DNA from: an uncultured Planctomycetia bacterium
GTDB lineage: Bacteria; Omnitrophota; Gorgyraeia; Tantalellales; Tantalellaceae
Direction of reading: 5' to 3'
Length of the DNA: 64,000 bases
NCBI GenBank assembly: GCA_964409365.1
Contig: CAYPCX010000001.1
Coordinates: 128,684-192,683, forward strand
A model generated the notes under the pieces. It had not been told where the DNA came from, did no database searches, and worked only from the letters and a program-made list of their open reading frames with translations. Positions within the stretch are counted from its first letter, which is position 1. Each line of letters begins with the position of its first letter. The position numbers and the translations under genes were made by a program. Below are positions 20,079 through 29,099 of this stretch, piece by piece.

Positions 20079-21263
20079 ATGGTAAAGAAACTATTCACGG
20101 GATTAAGGGGATTCTGGCTCGCGCTGGGCGTGGTGCTTATGGTCCTTTTGTGCATGGAGGGCGCTTCGGGGCTTTTCCTGTACGTCAAGGAGGGGGTCTT
20201 GAGGTCCGTAGATCCCAGGGCGGAGGCGGACGTTTATGCCGGGGCCCAATGGACGGAGGATTTCTACAGGACGGCTCTTAAAATGGGCGGGGTAAGATGG
20301 CACCCTTATGTCTACTGGCGAAGGAAGGCATTCGAGAGCGAGTACATAAATGTGGATAAATACGGCGTACGAAAGACGTGGAACAGGGAAGCGTCCGCCG
20401 GAGAGAAGGGAGAGCCCTTCAAGATCTTCATGTTCGGGGGGTCAGCCATGTGGGGAACGGGCGCCAGGGACGACCATACGATACCCTCTTATCTATCTAA
20501 AATGCTGAGCGAAACGATTGAGCGCAGGGTGGAGGTAGTGAATTACGGTGAGATGGGATACGTCAACACTCAGGAGGTCGCCATGCTGCTTTACCAGCTG
20601 AGGAGAGGCAACGTGCCGGATATGGTGATCTTCTACGACAATATAAACGACATAGGGGCGGCCGCGCAGAACAGGGAGGCCGGCCTCACCAACAGCGAAT
20701 TTAACAGGGCCAGGGAATTCAACCTGCTGAACGAAGTGAGGCAGCAGGATCTTTACCTTGAGGCCGTAAGGAGCGCGGCGAAGAATTCTCCTACCATGCG
20801 CCTGATGAAAAAGGTATTGAGGAAGATAGGGCTGCTGAAAAAAGAGCCCCCCCAGGCGGGCTCGGACGGGAAGATCTCCGACAAGCTTGCCGACGATATA
20901 ATAAAGGTATATGAATCGAACATAAAGATGGTAGAGGCGCTGGGAAAAGAATATGGGTTCGAGTCTCTCTTTTACTGGCAGCCGATAGTTCTGGACAAAC
21001 CCCACCTTACGCCTTTCGAGAAGAAGCAGGCCAGGGAATGGATGTATTTCAAGGACTTTTATTTCCAGATGCACGGGAGAGTGGACGGATCGGGGTTCCT
21101 TTCTTCGGATCCCCGGTTCCGGGACTTGAGCGGGATCTTCGCAAATGCGAAAAAACCGTATTTTATAGATTTTTGCCACCTGGGAGAAGCGGGTAATGAG
21201 ATAGTGGCGGAAAACATGTACGAAGATGTGCTTCCGATCATCAAAAAAAGGGGAGAACAATGA
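20079..21263 (+). CDS. Membrane-anchored SGNH/GDSL-family protein
   Basis: N-terminal TM segment, FGGSAMWG block I variant, DNIND, C-terminal DFCH (DxxH). Confidence 0.75.
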   Translation: MVKKLFTGLRGFWLALGVVLMVLLCMEGASGLFLYVKEGVLRSVDPRAEADVYAGAQWTEDFYRTALKMGGVRWHPYVYWRRKAFESEYINVDKYGVRKTWNREASAGEKGEPFKIFMFGGSAMWGTGARDDHTIPSYLSKMLSETIERRVEVVNYGEMGYVNTQEVAMLLYQLRRGNVPDMVIFYDNINDIGAAAQNREAGLTNSEFNRAREFNLLNEVRQQDLYLEAVRSAAKNSPTMRLMKKVLRKIGLLKKEPPQAGSDGKISDKLADDIIKVYESNIKMVEALGKEYGFESLFYWQPIVLDKPHLTPFEKKQAREWMYFKDFYFQMHGRVDGSGFLSSDPRFRDLSGIFANAKKPYFIDFCHLGEAGNEIVAENMYEDVLPIIKKRGEQ

Positions 21264-22222
21264 AGCTGGTGATACAGATACCGTGTCATAACGAAGAAGA
21301 GACCCTTCCGGTCACGTTGAAAGACCTGCCGTCGTCCATAGACGGGGTGGGTACCATCGAGAAGGTGGTCATCAACGACGGCTCAACGGATAATACGGTT
21401 GCCGCAGCGTGCGGGAACGGGGTGGACCACATCGTGAACCTGCCGTACAGGCGAGGCCTGGCCGAGGCTTTCAGGCAGGGCATAGAAAAGTCCCTGGAGC
21501 TTGGCGCCGATATTATCGTGAACACGGACGGGGATAACCAGTATAAAGGAGAGGATATCAAGAAGCTCATAAAGCCGATACTGGATAAAAAGGCGGATAT
21601 AGTGGTGGGCTGCCGCGATATCTCGACGATAGAGCATTTCTCGCCGCTGAAGAAACTTCTGCAGAAAGTGGGCAGCCACGTCGTGAGGAGGTTCTCCAGG
21701 ACGGATATCCCCGACACGACAAGCGGTTTCAGGGCGTATTCGAGGGACGCGGCGCTCAGGCTCAATGTCTTTTCCAATTACACGTACACCCTCGAGACGA
21801 TAATCCAGGCGGGCCGCAAAGAGATACCGATAACCCATGTCGAGATAGGCACGAACGAAAAATTAAGGGAATCCCGGCTCATCAAGAGCCTGCCGTCGTA
21901 CGTAGCCAGGTCCTGCGCCACCATGCTGCGCATATACCTTATGTACGAGCCGATGAAGTTCTTCACGAAGGTAGGGACGGTGATATTGTCGCTGGGCGCT
22001 CTGCTCGGCGTGAGGTACCTGTATTTTTTCTTTTTCACGGCCAGGCGCGGCGGACACATGCAGTCGTTGCTTCTCGGGGCGATATTGTTCCTTTCGGGGT
22101 TCATACTGGTCGTCATAGGGCTTCTGGCGGACGTGATAGCCGCGAACAGGAAGCTGAACGAGGAGATACTTTTCCGCCTGAAGAAGAGCGGGTTTTCGGA
22201 CAAGGTCAGGAACAAGGTTTAG
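21260..22222 (+). CDS. GT2 polyprenol-phosphate glycosyltransferase-like, two C-terminal TMs
   Basis: IPCHNEE, NDGSTD, TDGDNQY and DTTSGFRAY motifs plus two hydrophobic helices. Confidence 0.88.
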   Translation: MKLVIQIPCHNEEETLPVTLKDLPSSIDGVGTIEKVVINDGSTDNTVAAACGNGVDHIVNLPYRRGLAEAFRQGIEKSLELGADIIVNTDGDNQYKGEDIKKLIKPILDKKADIVVGCRDISTIEHFSPLKKLLQKVGSHVVRRFSRTDIPDTTSGFRAYSRDAALRLNVFSNYTYTLETIIQAGRKEIPITHVEIGTNEKLRESRLIKSLPSYVARSCATMLRIYLMYEPMKFFTKVGTVILSLGALLGVRYLYFFFFTARRGGHMQSLLLGAILFLSGFILVVIGLLADVIAANRKLNEEILFRLKKSGFSDKVRNKV

Positions 22223-22285
22223 GTTAAGGTTGAGATTTAAAGACCGTTAAACGCAAAGAACGCGATGAACGCAAAGAACGCTAAA
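22214..22285. repeat. Degenerate hexamer array (NAGGTT x4) followed by a 9-mer array (AACGCAAAG-like x4)
   Basis: AAGGTT TAGGTT AAGGTT GAGATT at 22214-22237; AACGCAAAG AACGCGATG AACGCAAAG AACGCTAAA at 22250-22285. Confidence 0.85.
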
Positions 22286-23335
22286 AAAATACTGATGTTG
22301 TCGAGGAAGTATCCTCCTTCCGTCGGGGGCATGCAGGTGTACGCGCGGGACTTCATAGAACACATGGGTGGGATCTACGACGTTGATAAAGTAGTCCTCG
22401 GAAAAGGGCAGGGCCACCTGGTGTGGTTCCTCCCGTACCTTTTCATGAGCTCTTTCGCGCTCAACATGACGCGGGATTATGACCTCGTGTGGTTGTGTGA
22501 CGCGCTTCTCGCGCCGCTGGGAGTCGCGCTTAAAAAAGCGTTCAACGTCAAGGTCGGGGTTACGGTCCACGGGCTGGACATGACCTATGACAGATTTTTA
22601 TACCAGAGCGTGGTTCCCGGGGCCGTTTCACGGCTTGACAGGGTAGTGTGCGTGAGCGGGAACACCAGGGAAGAATGTCTCAAGAGGGGTGTGGACGGCG
22701 ACAGACTATCCGTTATACCCAACGGCATAAGACCGGAAGGGTTCAAATGGGAGTTTTCCGAAACAGAGGGGAAAGAACTGCTCAGAGAGGCCGCCGGCGG
22801 GGATCTGGGGGAAAAGAAAGTATTATTGACGGTCGGAAGGCTTATCAAACGCAAAGGGGTGGACTGGTTCATAGAGAACGTCATGCCGCGCCTTGAAGAT
22901 GATTTTGTCTACCTTATAGCGGGCGCGGGCCCGGAATACGACAATATCGCCGGGACGATAAAAAGATGCGGCCTGTCCGGCCGGGTCAAATTGCTCGGCA
23001 GGGTCAGTGACGATCTCTTAAAGGCCCTGTACAGATTCTCATATGCGATGGTACTGCCGAACCAGAGGATCGAACGGGATCCCGAAGGGTTCGGGATAGT
23101 CGCCATAGAAGCGGCGAGTTGCGGGCTTCCCGTTATAGCCAACCTGGTGGACGGTATAGGCGAGGCCGTGCTGGACGGGAGGACGGGGTGGCTCGTGGAT
23201 TACAATGACGCCGATCTTTTTATCGAAAAGATAAAAAGATCGGTCCTCGAAAGAAGCATAGTGGAAAAAGGCAGCGAGGCCTTCTACTGGCCGAATATAG
23301 CCGGAAGGTATCAAAAGGAGATCGATGCGATATAA
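22265..23335 (+). CDS. Glycosyltransferase family 4
   Basis: YPPSVGGM, VGRLIKRKG and EGFGIVAIEA motifs. Confidence 0.9.
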   Translation: MNAKNAKKILMLSRKYPPSVGGMQVYARDFIEHMGGIYDVDKVVLGKGQGHLVWFLPYLFMSSFALNMTRDYDLVWLCDALLAPLGVALKKAFNVKVGVTVHGLDMTYDRFLYQSVVPGAVSRLDRVVCVSGNTREECLKRGVDGDRLSVIPNGIRPEGFKWEFSETEGKELLREAAGGDLGEKKVLLTVGRLIKRKGVDWFIENVMPRLEDDFVYLIAGAGPEYDNIAGTIKRCGLSGRVKLLGRVSDDLLKALYRFSYAMVLPNQRIERDPEGFGIVAIEAASCGLPVIANLVDGIGEAVLDGRTGWLVDYNDADLFIEKIKRSVLERSIVEKGSEAFYWPNIAGRYQKEIDAI

Positions 23336-24797
23336 GAGGCTCTTATTCCTGATACCCGGATACAAGGGGTCCCATTATGAGTACGCGGGGCTCCCGACCG
23401 GGGTGGGATATGTTTCCGAGGCTTTGGGCTCTGCCGGCATAGAACAGAGCATCGTGGACATGCGCCTGGGATACGGGTATAAGGACCTCAAAAAACGCAT
23501 CAACTTGTTCAAACCGGATCTTGTGGGTGTTTCCATGATGAGTTTCAGGTACAAGGACCATTATGCGCTCCTGGACAGGATAAAGAAGGACTTCGGTAAT
23601 ATCGATATCGCCGTGGGTGGTCCGCACCTTTCGACTTTCAGGGAGAAAGCGCTTGAGGAATGCAGGTCCATCGATTACGGCGTGACCCTGGAAGGCGAAG
23701 ATACCATTATCGAGCTCTGCAAGGGCGAGAAAGACCCGGACCGGATAAAGGGCCTCATGTTCAGACGCGGCGACGGGATAGCCTATTCAGGTGACAGGGA
23801 ATTCATAACGGACCTGGACGGCAAGGATTTCCCGAGATATGAGCATTTTGAGACGGACAAATACCCGCATTACAGGTCGCTGGTGACGAGCAGAGGGTGC
23901 CCCCATAACTGCATCTTCTGCCCGGTGCAGCTTACGATAGGCAAAAGGCTGCGCATGAGGTCGCCCGAATCGATACTGGAAGAGATAGATCACTGGTACG
24001 GGAAAGGTATTCGCGTTTTCAACGTCGTGGATGACAACTTCACGTTCTATAAGAAGAGGATAATGGATATATGCGAGGGCGTAAGGAAAAGAGGGTACAA
24101 AGATCTCACGTTCAGCTGCAGGAACGGTGTCAGGGCGGACACCGTCGACAGGGAGATGCTGGAAGCGATGAAGGAGATAGGGTTCAATTATCTCGCTTTC
24201 GGAGTGGAATCAGGAAGTGACAAGATGCTGAAGATCATCAAAAAAGGCGAGGGCCTGGCCGCGATCGAGCGTGCCGTCCGGGAGGCGTGCGATCTCGGAT
24301 ACATGGTGACGCTGTTCTTTATCATGGGCCTCCCTTACGAGACCGAGGAAGACGTCGAAAAGTCCCTTGCGCTGGCCATGAAATATCCGGTCTTCGACGT
24401 GAGGTTCTACAACCCGATACCTTTTCCCGGGACCGAGCTCCATGACTGGGTGGAAGAGAACGGTTATTTCAACGACAAGAGCAGGGACTTCCTGAATTCT
24501 TTCTCCCACTGGATAAGCGACCCCGTGTTCGAGACGCCGGAACTGCCCATGGAGAAACGCAAGGCTCTGTACAAGGATATCAATAAAAAGATAAAAAAGC
24601 ATACGTTCAAGACAAAACTTTCTTTCGCGAAAAATATGGAGAAGATGTTCAACGACCTGGGCCTGCCGGGACACCTTAGTAAGGTGCTCGCCAGGCTGTA
24701 TTACACCTCCTTCTTTCAAAGGTTTGTCATCGATTCGGGCCTGGCGTCCAGGCTCAGGAAGTTCCTGAAACTGAAAAGGAGGTCGCGAGCGGCATGA
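23325..24797 (+). CDS. B12-binding domain radical SAM protein
   Basis: VGGPH, TSRGCPHNCIFC, DDNF, GVESG and PFPGT motifs. Confidence 0.9.
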   Translation: MRYKRLLFLIPGYKGSHYEYAGLPTGVGYVSEALGSAGIEQSIVDMRLGYGYKDLKKRINLFKPDLVGVSMMSFRYKDHYALLDRIKKDFGNIDIAVGGPHLSTFREKALEECRSIDYGVTLEGEDTIIELCKGEKDPDRIKGLMFRRGDGIAYSGDREFITDLDGKDFPRYEHFETDKYPHYRSLVTSRGCPHNCIFCPVQLTIGKRLRMRSPESILEEIDHWYGKGIRVFNVVDDNFTFYKKRIMDICEGVRKRGYKDLTFSCRNGVRADTVDREMLEAMKEIGFNYLAFGVESGSDKMLKIIKKGEGLAAIERAVREACDLGYMVTLFFIMGLPYETEEDVEKSLALAMKYPVFDVRFYNPIPFPGTELHDWVEENGYFNDKSRDFLNSFSHWISDPVFETPELPMEKRKALYKDINKKIKKHTFKTKLSFAKNMEKMFNDLGLPGHLSKVLARLYYTSFFQRFVIDSGLASRLRKFLKLKRRSRAA

Positions 24798-25930
24798 AGA
24801 TATTCACCGTTACCATGGTGCCCGTGAACCCGCCGTATGACGATGCGGTGAAGAACATGGTGATAAACATCGCCAGACGCATAAGGAGGCATTCGTTCCT
24901 TCTCGTATCCTCTTTTTTCGGTAAGGCGTTCAGGCGGGAGGCGAACGTCACTTTTCTGCGGTCGGTCTTCCAGAAACAGGGCCGGCACAGTATGTCCTTT
25001 ATGCAGAAATTATACGTGTTCATTATGGTGCTCCTGAACATGGGAAAGGTGGACCTCTTTCAGTTCTTTGTCACCCCGCAGCCGTATTTCTCGCGTGTGT
25101 TCAAGAGACTATTGCAAGACAAGGGCAAAAAGTCCCTCCAGGTAGTGTCTTCCATACACACTCTTTACGGGAAGAACGACGATAAGGTGATAGCGGATCT
25201 CTTTTTCGCGGACCGCGTGGTGGTGTATTCGGATTTCACCAAGAAATCTCTTGAGGAAAAAGGCGTTAAAAACGTGGTGCGCGTTTATCCGGGTATCGAT
25301 TGCGAAAGGTTCGCTCCAAAACCCGGGACGGATAGTTCTTTCAATATCGTGTACGCGGGGTCTTACGGGGTATTGGCCGGGGCTTTCCCTTTCGAGGATC
25401 TCTCCGCTGTCGCGGAAAAGGTGACCGGACGTTTCAAGAAGGCTAATTTTATCATGGCGTGCAGGATAAGAACGGCGAAGGATATACTCCTTCGCAGGGC
25501 CTTTGAAAAAATGGTCGAACGGAAAGGGATGAAAGATAATTTCACGTTCCTGGATACGGTGGAGGACATGCCGGCGCTTTTCAGAAAGAGCGATATCGGG
25601 ATAATGCCGGCAAAGGACGCGATGTCCGGCGTGCTGGAGATACCCATGGTGCTCTTGGAGATGGCCTGCGCGGGTAAACCGGTCATATACGGGGACGTAC
25701 CTCCCCTGGGAGAGCTTGCCGACAAGGGTATCGGGATCATGCTCGCGGACCGGTGTGCCGGGGCCTACGCGGAGAAGATACTCGCGCTTCTGGAGGACAG
25801 GGATTCGGCCGCAAGTATCGGAAAAAGATCAAAGAATGCCGTGGAAAAGTATTTTAACATAGATGTCATGGCCCGGGAGTATGAGAGGATATACGAGGAT
25901 CTGGAGACAGGTCGCAGGAGGAGCGGGTAG
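24794..25930 (+). CDS. Glycosyltransferase family 4 (divergent)
   Basis: VYPGID and EIPMVLLEMACAGKPVI GT-B motif. Confidence 0.78.
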   Translation: MKIFTVTMVPVNPPYDDAVKNMVINIARRIRRHSFLLVSSFFGKAFRREANVTFLRSVFQKQGRHSMSFMQKLYVFIMVLLNMGKVDLFQFFVTPQPYFSRVFKRLLQDKGKKSLQVVSSIHTLYGKNDDKVIADLFFADRVVVYSDFTKKSLEEKGVKNVVRVYPGIDCERFAPKPGTDSSFNIVYAGSYGVLAGAFPFEDLSAVAEKVTGRFKKANFIMACRIRTAKDILLRRAFEKMVERKGMKDNFTFLDTVEDMPALFRKSDIGIMPAKDAMSGVLEIPMVLLEMACAGKPVIYGDVPPLGELADKGIGIMLADRCAGAYAEKILALLEDRDSAASIGKRSKNAVEKYFNIDVMAREYERIYEDLETGRRRSG

Positions 25931-27456
25931 TGGACGCTAACAGGGGTATAGTCGAGACGCAGTTGGAGAATGTGCGGTATTTCACGCACAGGGATTATCC
26001 GCCGGACGGGAACACCAGGACGATACTGGAGAAGATGGCCCGTGTAGAGGGGGTCGTGAAGCCGGTAGTGGCCCTGCCGGACCTGCATTACAAGTATTCG
26101 TATCACACCCCGACCGGTGTCGTAGTCCTTACCAGGGACAGGATAATACCGAAGTTCGTGAACGCGAACTGCGGCATGAGTTTCGTGAAAACGCCTTTTT
26201 TCGCCGATGAGGTCGATGATAAGAAACTGGACACCCTGTTCGATCACCTGAGGAAAAATATCACCATTTCCACCAGGATGGAACCCGTGATCTCGAGGGA
26301 CGATCTGGAGGAAATAGTGATGAAAGGGGCGGAATGGACCTTTGAGAAGTTCGGCCTGGACGGGCGGGACCTTGCCAATTTTGAGAACGAGGGTTCGCTC
26401 TTTAAATACGACACCAGGTCCGCGGAGAAGATAATGTCTTACGTACCGCGGGCATGCCGTGATGTGGGTCTCTTAAGTCTCGGTGTTCTCGGATACGGCA
26501 ATCATTTCATAGAGCTCCAAGCGGTGGATTCGGTGCTTAACGGCGAGATCGCCGAAAAATTCGGCATATCAGAAAACCAGCTGTGCTTCATGATACACAG
26601 CGATTCCAGGGCGTTCGGTCAGTCCCTGATAGACCATTATTCTAAAAAGACGAAGAGACTTCTGGGGCTGCAGCAGGCCTATAAGAAGATCCATTACATG
26701 GCTCTTGCTTCGCAAAGGGTGCCGCGCCCGGTAAAAAGGGCTTTCGACAGGCTGAACTTTTACCTGAACAGGTTCAAATCTACCGCTTACTGGAAGATGG
26801 ACGCGTTGAACAGAAAGGCGGATATCGATTTCAAGACGATGGGCGCCGGAACGGAAGAGGCCGAGGGCTACCTGGCGAGCACATACGCGGCCATCAATTT
26901 CGGTTATGCCAACAGGGCGTATATGGCTTCCGTGATACGCGACGCGTTCAATAGGGCGTTCGGCAGGGAGGATACACAGGTCAATATACTGCATGACGGC
27001 AATCATGACGCCCTTCAGCAGGAAAGGATAGGCGGCGAGATATACTATGTGCACAGGAACGGGGCTAACAGGGCGCTTCCTCCCGAATGCTTCCCGGACC
27101 ATCCGGTATTTTCCCGGACCGGGCAGCCCGTGCTCCTTCCCAGTTCGCTGGGCAGGCCTTCTTTCCTCTGCGCGGCCGCGAAAGGATGTCCGGCTTCGTA
27201 TTTTTCCACGTGCCACGGGGTGGGCAGGGTGATAGACAGGGGAGAAGCCAGGGAAAAGTTCAGCGCGGACGAAGTCTTTGACGAGGCAAGGTCCGCCAGT
27301 ATGAAGATATACGATTACGGGAAAGGTAAGGCCCAGGAAGAGGCGCCGCGCGCGTTCAAGGACGTGAATAAGGTGCTGGAGACGCTGGCCGAGAATGAGA
27401 TCGCGGAACCCGTGGCCAGGCTCAGACCGTTGGCGGTCCTTAAAGGATGGAGATAA
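25930..27456 (+). CDS. Divergent RtcB-family protein (RNA 3'-phosphate/5'-OH ligase fold)
   Basis: LPDLH, NANCG, LGYGNHFIE, HSDSR, HRNGA, CHGVGR, EEAPRAFKD and C-terminal LRPLAVLKG motifs; AGGAGG RBS; GTG start overlaps the upstream TAG. Confidence 0.88.
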   Translation: MDANRGIVETQLENVRYFTHRDYPPDGNTRTILEKMARVEGVVKPVVALPDLHYKYSYHTPTGVVVLTRDRIIPKFVNANCGMSFVKTPFFADEVDDKKLDTLFDHLRKNITISTRMEPVISRDDLEEIVMKGAEWTFEKFGLDGRDLANFENEGSLFKYDTRSAEKIMSYVPRACRDVGLLSLGVLGYGNHFIELQAVDSVLNGEIAEKFGISENQLCFMIHSDSRAFGQSLIDHYSKKTKRLLGLQQAYKKIHYMALASQRVPRPVKRAFDRLNFYLNRFKSTAYWKMDALNRKADIDFKTMGAGTEEAEGYLASTYAAINFGYANRAYMASVIRDAFNRAFGREDTQVNILHDGNHDALQQERIGGEIYYVHRNGANRALPPECFPDHPVFSRTGQPVLLPSSLGRPSFLCAAAKGCPASYFSTCHGVGRVIDRGEAREKFSADEVFDEARSASMKIYDYGKGKAQEEAPRAFKDVNKVLETLAENEIAEPVARLRPLAVLKGWR

Positions 27457-27457
27457 G

Positions 27458-28090
27458 ATGATAATAGCTTTTTCGGGTCTGGACGGGAGCGGAAAAACGA
27501 CACAGTCCAGGTTCGCTGAGCAGTACCTCAGGGACAGGGGCTACAGATGTGCCTACAGGCATGCTATAAGGGGCTCGCTGCATTATTTTATACTGCATAA
27601 CCTGGTAGGCAGGGTCTCCGGCCGGGCGAAGGATTCTATGGAGAAGGGTTTAAGGGAAACGGGCGGGGCGAAAGCGTTCTTCGTATCCCTGGTGAAAAAG
27701 ATCTTTCTTTTCCTGGACCTTGTATATTTCAACCTGCGGTACGGGCGTTATAAAGGGCAGACAAAAAGGAATATAATATGCGACCGGTATTTTTACGACG
27801 AGATCGTGCAGGCGGATTATCTAAAAATAGCCGGGAACGCTTTCAACGGCATGTACCGGAAGCTTATACTGGAGCCGGACATTTCTTTTTTCCTGAAAGT
27901 GCGTCCCGAGTCGGCTTTTGAGCGCAAAAAAGAATATAACAGGTCTTATTTTACGCAGAAAGGGAAAGTATACGAGACCTTCGCGCAGCGGATAAAAATG
28001 AACGAAGTTGACGAACAAGACCCGGAGGCGGCAAAGAAGGCCGTACTTTCGGACCTGGAACGGCTATATACGGCACGAGGGACGGTATGA
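27458..28090 (+). CDS. Thymidylate-kinase-like P-loop kinase
   Basis: IAFSGLDGSGKTTQ P-loop and DRYFYD motif; lacks the usual Tmk REP motif; has hydrophobic inserts. Confidence 0.78.
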   Translation: MIIAFSGLDGSGKTTQSRFAEQYLRDRGYRCAYRHAIRGSLHYFILHNLVGRVSGRAKDSMEKGLRETGGAKAFFVSLVKKIFLFLDLVYFNLRYGRYKGQTKRNIICDRYFYDEIVQADYLKIAGNAFNGMYRKLILEPDISFFLKVRPESAFERKKEYNRSYFTQKGKVYETFAQRIKMNEVDEQDPEAAKKAVLSDLERLYTARGTV

Positions 28091-28091
28091 T

Positions 28092-29099
28092 ATGGAACTG
28101 AAGAACGGTTACTTGAAAAGATGGATACAGACCTTTCTGATCGCGGCGATCACGGCAGGCCTCGTCTGGTTCATAAGGGATAACTGGCCGCTGATAAAGA
28201 AAATATTGATCATAAGGCCTTCATATGTAGCCCTTATAATGTCACTGCTCCTGATAGGAAGGGTCATGGCGGGTTTGAGGATAAAGCTTATCGTGGGGCT
28301 CTCGGGAGTGAAGCTCCGTTTCATGGAGTGGTTCGGCACCGCGGTCATCACCAATTTTTACAATTCGTTCTTTTTTAAAGGCGGGGTAGCCCTGACCGCC
28401 ATATACCTCAAGAACAACCATCGTCTGAATTATTCCAAGTATGTCAGCCTGACGATCGGTTCAATGAGCATGGTGGGCCTCTCGGCCGCTATTATAGGAA
28501 TAGCATGCAGTTTGTACGGGTACTTCAAGGGGGCTTTCGACCTTGCGCTCGCGGTGATCTTCGCCGTGATGCTTATCGGGGTGGTGATCGTGCTCCTTTT
28601 ACCGGGTATACGTTTTCCCCGGAAAAAGATCTTCAAGCTGCCGAATACGCTGTTCGAGTGCTGGGATGTGCTGCGCGGCGACAAAATAACGGTATTGAAA
28701 TTATTCATCCTTGAGACCACCGTGCTTTGCCTTTTCGCTTTAAGATATTATCTGACCTTCAAGATGTTCGAGATACCGGTGCCTTTTTATGTGTGCCTCA
28801 TCCTTTGCCCTTTTAACATAGTTACGAACGTCGTCAGCATAATACCCAACGCGTACGGGGTAAGGGAAGCGGTGGTAGGGTTCGCGTCCAAGCTGGCGGG
28901 GATAGGCTTCACCGGAGGCGTGATGGCCACGCTGGTGAACAGGGTGCTCATGATGATCGTGTCTTTTACGCTGACGCCGGTTTTCAGTTATTACCTGATG
29001 GGGAATTTCAAGGTGGGACCCGCCGCCGTGGACGCTGCCGGGAAAGCGGGCATATCGGAAGAAGAACCAGAAAAGGAATTTTGTTATGATGAACAGTAA
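28092..29099 (+). CDS. Flippase-like membrane protein (LPG_synthase_TM/AglD2-like)
   Basis: About 8 TM helices and the IPNAYGVRE motif (cf. PxGxGxxE). Confidence 0.7.
   Translation: MELKNGYLKRWIQTFLIAAITAGLVWFIRDNWPLIKKILIIRPSYVALIMSLLLIGRVMAGLRIKLIVGLSGVKLRFMEWFGTAVITNFYNSFFFKGGVALTAIYLKNNHRLNYSKYVSLTIGSMSMVGLSAAIIGIACSLYGYFKGAFDLALAVIFAVMLIGVVIVLLLPGIRFPRKKIFKLPNTLFECWDVLRGDKITVLKLFILETTVLCLFALRYYLTFKMFEIPVPFYVCLILCPFNIVTNVVSIIPNAYGVREAVVGFASKLAGIGFTGGVMATLVNRVLMMIVSFTLTPVFSYYLMGNFKVGPAAVDAAGKAGISEEEPEKEFCYDEQ

Noticed and set aside
27458-28090. Calling this gene tmk
   Set aside because: Only the P-loop and DR motif are shared; the REP motif is absent and the context is glycan synthesis
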